64,000 nt of DNA from Blasia pusilla (lineage: Eukaryota): positions 47,802,001 through 47,866,000 of the forward strand of contig CM114271.1 in NCBI GenBank assembly GCA_050084515.1, in the 5' to 3' direction. The translations under genes were made by a program, and so were the position numbers. A model generated the notes under the pieces. The model saw nothing but the letters and a program-made list of their open reading frames with translations. It ran no database searches and was not told the DNA's origin. Positions 62,817 to 64,000 of the stretch are shown in pieces (position 1 is the first letter of the stretch; each line of letters opens with the position of its first letter).

Positions 62817-64000
62817 CTCGCGTTCTCGTTTGTGTTCTTGTCTGCATAACTTTCAAGCCAAACCCACCCTCAAAGCATGATCTCCATTGCAGATCCAAGC
62901 CGCCTGATCCATATCAGCTCCCCGGTATTTTTTATCTCTCTCTCTCTCTCCTTGATCAGAAATAATTGCGGGAGAAAGTTCAACTAAGAAAACCCTCTCT
63001 CACAAGGTTGCTCGATCCTTCGTTCATTCGATGTGTCACTAACTCGCGCCAAATTAGACCCTCAAGCGTCGGCCCGTTTGTCAAATGTTGTGATCAATTC
63101 CACATCTAATTGATCACTCCTCCACAGCTTCTTTCCACGGTCTGTACATTCTGCCCCTTGTTCTTCCGATGCGTACAATTAAGGCGCTCTATCTATATGT
63201 ACGATTCCCTGTCAAACCCGAATCCACTATCGATTTCCCTGTCCGATTCTGCGCGCTCTCTGTCCTCGCGAATTACTCGAGCCACTTGCAGAAAAGTGCA
63301 GCGCGTCACCCCATTCCCGCGCTGTAGATCTTGGTGACTCGCGATCGCATCCCTAAGAACCCTGTCGCCACCTCACGATCCCCTCTCCGCTCATTTCGTA
63401 TCCGATTCTAGTGCCGACCGCTCACCTCCGGCTTCCACCGAATTCATCTGTTTCTTGGACGCACCGTCCCCTCCACCTCTAAAATACGTGCGGGACCGAT
63501 CACACAGAGTAGCGCGGCGACGAAGAGACAGCCTGCACGGGGAACCCATCGAACGTACAAAAGAGGAGGACACCGGTCCGGTGAAAGAGAAAAAAAAGGG
63601 GCGATGAACCCGGTGCAGCCAATTTAGGCACCGCGGCCTTCTCTTCTCTCCGGTGCGCTTGGGGTTTGACCGGAGAGTCCGCTGACTGCGGAAGATTCGT
63701 TCACGGGTCGATTCCACGGGGAGTGCTGTTTTTCACGGGAGTAGACTACTTGTGAAACAAACATGACATTATTGTCAAAATAATTTCTTTTTACTAGATG
63801 TGTAACATCATTAATTTCTTTTCTAGTGTTTTTTTTTCTTATTTTTATTATTATGAGAGTTTTTTTTTATTTGCAAATCCGTATCAATTTTCACGTGATG
63901 ATTGGTTAACAAAAAAATGTTTCACATGCTACGGGCAGCAAGAATTTTTTTTTGAATTTATGTGCAATATTATTTATCTCTTCTCTTCACGGGCTATACA

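Overview
Eukaryotic plant DNA, probably a bryophyte or other non-seed plant (inferred from the retroelement types, tRNA primer-binding sites and spliceosomal intron signals). Most of the window is a nest of decayed, nested retrotransposons, with two small gene islands (~16.9-20.2 kb and ~60.3-63.7 kb). The main result is a Ty3/Gypsy family, called family X here, present as at least five partial copies. Its pol reads aspartic protease - DNMT3-type cytosine-5 methyltransferase - RT - RNase H - DDE integrase - PHD finger. It lacks ordinary LTRs and instead has split direct repeats, A1-[internal]-B1-(2 bp)-A2-B2. That layout is known from tyrosine-recombinase DIRS/PAT/Ngaro elements, but here it occurs with a DDE integrase and 4-bp target-site duplications. 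Both products expected from recombination between the repeats are present: a solo A-B unit and a B-only 3' end. A sister family (Y) has the same B-AC-A-B end. Also present: an Athila-like Gypsy (G2, tRNA-Asp PBS, extra coiled-coil ORF) whose RT is split by a 4.15-kb inversion; a Met-PBS Gypsy (G3, two copies); a Copia remnant; a 1.1-kb foldback; a ~160-bp satellite; a dispersed 29-bp palindrome; and a long (CT)n. All retroelement ORFs are broken by stops or frameshifts. Coordinates were read by eye and may be off by a few bases.
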